Of a stretch of DNA of 64,000 bases, positions 61,923 to 64,000 are shown in pieces. Made by a program: the position numbers and the translations under genes. The notes beneath the pieces were generated by a model. The model saw only the letters and a list, made by a program, of their open reading frames with translations. It was not told where the DNA came from and made no database searches. Each line of letters opens with the position of its first letter. Position 1 is the first letter of the stretch. The stretch lies in the NCBI GenBank assembly GCA_963708295.1, contig CAVPSJ010000008.1, forward strand, positions 160,001 to 224,000. Direction: 5' to 3'. The stretch is from an uncultured delta proteobacterium. Lineage in GTDB: Bacteria > Desulfobacterota > BSN033 > UBA1163.

Positions 61923-63104
61923 ATGAATACTTTTCCCAGGATCGTTTTGAAGAAAGGCAAAGAGAAGCCGGTGCTCCGGGGGCACCCGTGGATCTTCTCC
62001 GGAGCCGTCGCCAAGGTAGAAGGTGAAGTCTCGCCTGGTGAGGTCGGAGAGGTTTATTCCCAGGGGGGACAGTTCTTAGGGCGGGGACATATCAACCCCC
62101 GCTCCCAGATCATCGTGCGCCTCCTGACGCAAAAAAAGGAGGAATTAGGAGAAAGTTTTTTCAGGGAGCGGGTTTCGAGAGCAGTCGCTTTAAGGAAAGA
62201 CTGGTCGAGAGGAAAAACGAATGCCTATCGGGTCATCAACGGAGAGGGAGATTTCCTCCCGGGGTTGATTGTGGACCGTTACGGGGAGAGCCTTGTTCTC
62301 CAATGTTTGACAGCCGGGATGGACCGGTTGAAAGAGATCTTCATTCCTTTGCTGGCAAAAGAATTGCGTCCCCGGAGTATCTATGAGAGAAGCGATGTGG
62401 CGACGAGGAGCGAGGAGGGGCTGACCGAGAGCAGCGGCCTTCTTTACGGCAAGGACATTCCGGAATGGATCGAGATTGAAGAACAGGGCTGCCGTTTTAG
62501 GGTCAACGTGAAAAAGGGGCAAAAAACCGGGTTCTATTTGGATCAGAAAGAAAATCGCTTTTCTTTGAGAGAATTTTCAAAAGAAAAGAAGATTTTGGAT
62601 TGTTTCTCTTATACAGGGGCTTTTTCCATTCACGCGGGATCAGGAGGCGCAAAGGATTTCACACTCATCGATTCCTCTCAGGAGGCTCTGGCGATCGCAG
62701 AGGAACATTTCCGGCTAAATCAACTGGAGAAAATTCCCCATCGATTGATTCGAGGAGACGTGTTTGAGGTGATAAGAGGCATTGACCCCGGGTACGATAT
62801 CGTGATTCTCGATCCTCCTCCCTTTGCCAAAAAGAAGGGCCATCTTCCAGGAGCCTCGAAAGGCTATAAAGATCTCAATCTCTGGGCCTTTCGTTTGCTC
62901 AATCAGGAAGGTCTCCTCTTTACCTTCTCTTGCTCTCACCATATGAACTGGGACCTCTTTCAGAAAATTGTTTTCTCCGCGGCCTTGGATTCAGGGAAAA
63001 GCGTCCAGCTTGCAGGTCGAATGGGACATCCCTGGGATCATCCCGTCAATCTATCCCACCCCGAAGGAGAGTATCTCAGAGGCCTGATCTGCAGAGTGGT
63101 GTGA
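61923..63104 (+). CDS. rlmI: 23S rRNA m5C1962 methyltransferase family (RlmI)
   Basis: PUA 'GHPWIFSG', 'GQKTGFYLDQ', 'LDPPPF', 'FSCS', 'PEGEYL'. Confidence 0.92.
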   Translation: MNTFPRIVLKKGKEKPVLRGHPWIFSGAVAKVEGEVSPGEVGEVYSQGGQFLGRGHINPRSQIIVRLLTQKKEELGESFFRERVSRAVALRKDWSRGKTNAYRVINGEGDFLPGLIVDRYGESLVLQCLTAGMDRLKEIFIPLLAKELRPRSIYERSDVATRSEEGLTESSGLLYGKDIPEWIEIEEQGCRFRVNVKKGQKTGFYLDQKENRFSLREFSKEKKILDCFSYTGAFSIHAGSGGAKDFTLIDSSQEALAIAEEHFRLNQLEKIPHRLIRGDVFEVIRGIDPGYDIVILDPPPFAKKKGHLPGASKGYKDLNLWAFRLLNQEGLLFTFSCSHHMNWDLFQKIVFSAALDSGKSVQLAGRMGHPWDHPVNLSHPEGEYLRGLICRVV

Positions 63105-63114
63105 CCAGGCGCAA

Positions 63115-63356
63115 CCCCCATCCTCTTCCGTCGGGCGCCATAGTCCATGTGTTGACTACAACGTCATTACGACGGCTCTGGACTGCGGCGCCTAACCTCC
63201 CCCTAGAAGGGGGAGGAGAATAGCAACTTTCCTCCTCAGGAGAGGAACATAACGATTCCCCTCCCCATCAGGGGCATGAGAGGAACATAACGGTTTCTCT
63301 CCCCTTCAGGGGGAGGGGCAGGGTGGGGGTGGGGTTAATCAGAAGTCTATTCAATT
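63115..63356. repeat. REP-like CCCTCCCC palindromic element, expanded copy 2
   Basis: Same core and tail as 9455-9563, with extra GAGGAACATAAC units and a nested GGCGCCATAGTCCA/TGGACTGCGGCGCC hairpin. Confidence 0.75.
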
Positions 63357-63920
63357 GCCGACCGGTTAACGATTTATCCCTCTTTATGAAAGTGGGGCAC
63401 AGGAAGCTTTAGCTCGTCCCTTCCTTTTTTCAACCCGCTGAAATGTTACTTCTTTTTGAAATCATGTGTAATCAGGTTCTATAAATTTCAAATAATTCAA
63501 ATTCAAATTTTTTCTTGACATTTCAAAACGGTTTGCCTAAGATCTCCCACGGGTGAAATGGTGTAGGTTTTCCTGAACAGAATTTTGGTACACTTTTTTA
63601 TATATTAATCTCTGCCTGGCACGAGGAGGGCGTCGGGATGTAGGGATTAAAACGATAAAGCCTGGCATTTGTACGGATGCACAGGCTTTTTTTTGGAGAG
63701 AATGCAGCGTCGGCATTTAGTGGCGACGAATAATTGTTAGGTTCACTGAAAAATCGCCGTGAGGATTTCCAAGGATTCTCCTCCCTCTTGACGGGGGGGG
63801 GCGGTACGACTCGCAACCGAGGTGCGGATGGGGGCGAATAGGATTATTTCTTAGGCAATAAGTTACGGACACTAAACACTGACACCGTCATGCTGTTTTT
63901 GGAAATTCGGGAGGTGACCT

Positions 63921-64000
63921 ATGCGGTTTAAGAGAATAATTATGGTTTTGGCATTTGGGTTGCTCTTTGCGACCTCGACGTGGGCACAACCAGCTAACTG
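63921..64000 (+). CDS. 5' end of an exported protein (runs off the window)
   Basis: GGGAGGTG RBS; signal peptide MRFKRIIMVLAFGLLFATSTWAQPAN. Confidence 0.65.
   Translation, partial: MRFKRIIMVLAFGLLFATSTWAQPAN

Noticed and set aside
63949-63964. Sigma54-like TGGCATTTGGGTTGCT
   Set aside because: It lies inside a signal-peptide coding sequence, so is likely coincidental.

Overview
Bacterial chromosomal window; gene content and repeat families suggest a Desulfobacterota/deltaproteobacterium-like genome, probably a MAG (inference). Most of it is housekeeping and signalling: PiT transporter, HAD hydrolase, glpABC, several PAS/GAF/HAMP kinases and sigma54 regulators, a histidine-utilisation cluster (hutU, hutI, ftcd, cyclodeaminase, a hisC-like gene, two ABC transporters, no hutH), HU, three tRNAs (Gly-CCC, Lys-TTT, Glu-TTC), serA/purA, pal, tatC and rlmI. 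An accessory region at about 2.3-9.6 kb holds: (i) a 2,107-bp element with two catalytically intact tyrosine recombinases, 16-bp terminal inverted repeats and a 7-bp duplicated core; (ii) a two-gene wHTH + HEPN-like module between two degenerate attC-like hairpins; (iii) a candidate cation-sensing riboswitch; and (iv) an MNT-HEPN toxin-antitoxin pair between two 298-bp copies of the glpC 3' end. Other highlights are a ~180-nt candidate structured RNA (39.9-40.1 kb), a sigma54-linked locus joining a KamA aminomutase, two Ddl-like ATP-grasp ligases and a tiny Pro/Ala/Lys/Glu lipoprotein, and many intergenic palindromes with 7/8-mer repeat arms. The clustered frameshifts at 40.2-44.6 kb look like sequencing indels. 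All calls come from reading the sequence; no database searches were run.
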